From positions 4,410-68,409 of the forward strand of contig NMRA01000376.1 of the NCBI GenBank assembly GCA_002633005.1: a DNA stretch of 64,000 nucleotides, given 5' to 3'. This document shows positions 61,701 to 64,000 of this stretch, one piece after another. This DNA is from Phoronis australis (lineage: Eukaryota; Animalia; Phoronida). The translations under genes were made by a program, and so were the position numbers. Each line of letters opens with the position of its first letter. Within the stretch, counting starts at the first letter, position 1. The notes below the pieces were generated by a model. The model saw nothing but the letters and a program-made list of their open reading frames with translations, was not told where the DNA came from and ran no database searches.

Positions 61701-61997
61701 TGGCGGTTACTTTGGGTAGCGGGGTGGGAATATGCAGCGAAACTATCTAGGCCCCTAGTCAGTGACAATTTGGGTGCTTACAACTAATTGGTCCCATGCA
61801 CTAAATTCTTGTTCTTGGAAGATGAAACGATGTAATAAATATTCAGTATATATCATAACTTACTCTTGAATGCTGTCAACAACTACGTCATAATTTAAGC
61901 TCAAGTTCGCCATTGTTCTCTCCATTACCTCCAGGTGCGCGGGCGGCACGCGAAAGGACACACGATTGTTCAGGAAAGGTGAACTCCAAAAATCCAT
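52547..61997 (-). CDS. M14A procarboxypeptidase (CPA/CPB-like), 5'-incomplete: signal peptide and first propeptide exons not found in the window
   Basis: complement join(61864-61997,61328-61418,60932-61033,60245-60349,59701-59808,58548-58632,58223-58425,53698-53782,52547-52752)=1119 nt in frame. Motifs: propeptide DFW; [11 protein letters not shown]; PVANPDGY; RLWRKTR; GADPNRNF; LHSH; [11 protein letters not shown]; KYSYTLEL. Confidence 0.93.
53698..53782 (-). CDS. Carboxypeptidase exon
   Basis: [28 protein letters not shown]; phase 1, completes Y248 with the next exon. Confidence 0.88.
55744..55803. repeat. 30-bp tandem duplication
   Basis: gcgg.tgggcaggtacagagcctgtatggt x2. Confidence 0.8.
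56192..56351. mobile_element. hAT-like MITE remnant (GGCGGATC-type ends)
   Basis: caagggcagatctaggatttt...ccccccgatccgcctgtg; no TSD seen. Confidence 0.5.
58223..58425 (-). CDS. Carboxypeptidase exon (H196)
   Basis: [14 protein letters not shown]...[17 protein letters not shown]. Confidence 0.93.
58548..58632 (-). CDS. Carboxypeptidase exon (R127, N144, R145)
   Basis: [24 protein letters not shown]. Confidence 0.93.
58766..59468. repeat. 351-bp near-identical tandem duplication across an N (probable assembly artefact)
   Basis: 58766-59116, N at 59117, 59118-59468; three substitutions seen. Confidence 0.9.
59701..59808 (-). CDS. Carboxypeptidase exon
   Basis: LLEGYGED...[15 protein letters not shown]. 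Confidence 0.93.
60245..60349 (-). CDS. Carboxypeptidase exon (Zn ligands H69, E72)
   Basis: [18 protein letters not shown]. Confidence 0.93.
60932..61033 (-). CDS. Carboxypeptidase exon
   Basis: [34 protein letters not shown]. Confidence 0.9.
61328..61418 (-). CDS. Carboxypeptidase propeptide/enzyme junction exon
   Basis: [30 protein letters not shown]; phase 2/0. Confidence 0.75.
61864..61997 (-). CDS. Carboxypeptidase propeptide exon
   Basis: tgcag|[22 protein letters not shown]...YDVVVDSIQ. Confidence 0.85.
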
Positions 61998-64000
61998 CTG
62001 CAATGTGTAATGGTTTAGTATTAAACCTACCGAAAATTTTCAAATTTAAGCAAGGGCACTCTTGCTGAAAGGAGTCAAGACGGAACCAATTGCATTTGGA
62101 TTTTAAAAATATTTGTCACCAGACAAGGCACACTTACACTCAAAATAGCAGTGTTTGTATCGCGTAGACACTGGCACTTTCTTTATCACGCTCCAAAATT
62201 CTTTTCTTACGAACATCGTTGTTTTTTCCACGAGAAATACCCCGTTGAGCAAAGAATAGGGAGGAATAATATTGTCATCGCCTTGCGCAACCTCGCATAA
62301 GGTCTATAGCTTTTCACATAGAAAACCAGCGTGAGGTGTCACGAACCACAGACGGAATCCCGCAGAGCAGTAATAGGTTAACTATAACTATAGCTGTAGA
62401 GTTACGAAAATCGTATATTTTGCAAAAAGGTCTATTGTGCGGTTATGAGAAAAAAAAACGTTGTTCAGTGAAAATCCCCGAAAATGGTTCGCGATGGGTG
62501 TTAAGTTTGCAAAAACGATAAGAATGTGAGGATTCTCTTTAATGATCAGCTGCGTACATTTGTTTGCAAAGGGGCACTCAACAAGAGACTTTTAAGCACA
62601 GTTCCAAAAGAGCCTCCCGTAACCATTACACAACAGGGATTGGAATGGCCAATGAGAAAAAAGAGGAAAATTGTCCAGCCGGTGTATCATTCCACAAATA
62701 AATAGGTTTGTGTGAAAGAAATATTCTTTGTGTAAAATTTAATGAATTAAACGTTTTTACATGAATAGCATCAAAATAATGATAAAAAGAGACGAAAAAA
62801 GAGTTATCAGGAAATCAAATAAAAAGAAATCGAAACCTAAAAAGAGGAAATCCTCGTAAAAGAGGAAAATTCCAAGCCTTGACACATGTTCCGGAGTAAC
62901 AGGAGATTCCCTGAAGGGACCTGTGTCCAACTGGGGTTGCGTTCCACAGACGCCATGGATAGTTTCGACAATCGCAGTTAGGTCTCGCCCAACATAGTCC
63001 CGAATATGACGGACTTCCCCTGCATACTTGATGTGTTCTGATATTTCGCTGGAACTGTTACTGGCATGGAGTCATAGAATCGCAAACCGTCCTTTTGGAA
63101 AGAATAATTGTTACATACAGCGGCAAATCCACGATTTCAAGTCTTTGATCACTTCATCGAAATCCTGGCCTAATCTGAGCATGGTTTCAGTGCAAACATA
63201 CATTGTATGGAACAGCTATTCGGTGAACCCCGGATGTACCTGGCAAGCTGCATTCAGTCCCTTTACACCGCTGATACATTCAGTTCTCGTGCTTGAAATT
63301 ACGCATGGCAAAAACTGCATTGTATGTTTCAGAACCAGGACTGTTAGAGGGAAACCTAATGAAGTGTCGGAATAAGATCGACAATTGTAGAGAAAAAAAC
63401 ACAAAAATAAACATTTACAGGGCAAAATTTACAAAGAATAAGAACCATAGACATCGTGTTGTTTCCTCACCCCGCTAGCTTCTAGGTCCCGAAGAGCTTT
63501 CAGCTGATACTCGTTAGATGGCGTTACTCGGAATAGTCTGTGGCTGAAATGTATCATAAGAATTAAAGACGTGGGGCTTTGTAACGAAAGTTATGCGCCT
63601 GTGAGTAGTTAAGATATGGTCTTACACTTGTTTAACGAGTCAATTTGTGACAAATACACACCCGACCTACAACAAATTGCAACAAAAGGTTTTACGGTGG
63701 TTTTGTGCTCTACTGGGTATGCTTATGAACAGGAAAAAAGCCTACCCGGCAAAATCTGACCACCGAAAATAACTGCGTCATTTCCAAGATGGCGGCCACG
63801 ACGTTTCGAAATCACTAAAAATACAATTTCTTCAATAGTTGTGATGGAGACATAATTTTTAGTTTTAGTCCATAGTTTTAAGGAGTGAGCAACTCACTGG
63901 TGTGGTTAAAATTAAGATATCGGTCAGTATTTGATATGAAATTTAAGATGGCGGCTAAAATTCAAGAGCTAAAAATCACTGATTTGTCCATTATTTATAA

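Noticed and set aside
62000-64000. Upstream carboxypeptidase exons, or ORFs at 63028-63478
   Set aside because: No signal-peptide or propeptide-like exon with matching phase was found; the region looks repeat-derived.

Overview
Intron-rich animal (most likely invertebrate) genomic DNA; most short ORFs in the track are spurious or are single exons with intronic run-through. Three spliced genes were reconstructed by hand, all with GT-AG introns and consistent phases. (1) A complete CLCA-family gene on + (15 coding exons, 8217-24534, ~952 aa). (2) A convergent gene on - (17 coding exons, 48462-25965, ~1320 aa) with Tec/Btk architecture (PH, Btk zinc motif, SH3, SH2, kinase fold). Its kinase fold has lost the Gly-loop, HRD and DFG motifs, and it carries a ~695-aa single-exon tail with a long coiled coil, SxIP-type motifs and a PDZ-type C-terminus. 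This candidate Tec-derived pseudokinase scaffold is the most interesting object here. (3) A 5'-incomplete M14A procarboxypeptidase on - (61997-52547) with intact catalytic residues and an unusual S1' pocket. Introns and intergenic DNA contain many MITE-like elements, a 1.5-kb foldback, and a 351-bp duplication across an N that is probably an assembly artefact. All alignments to known proteins are by eye from remembered consensus; no searches were run.
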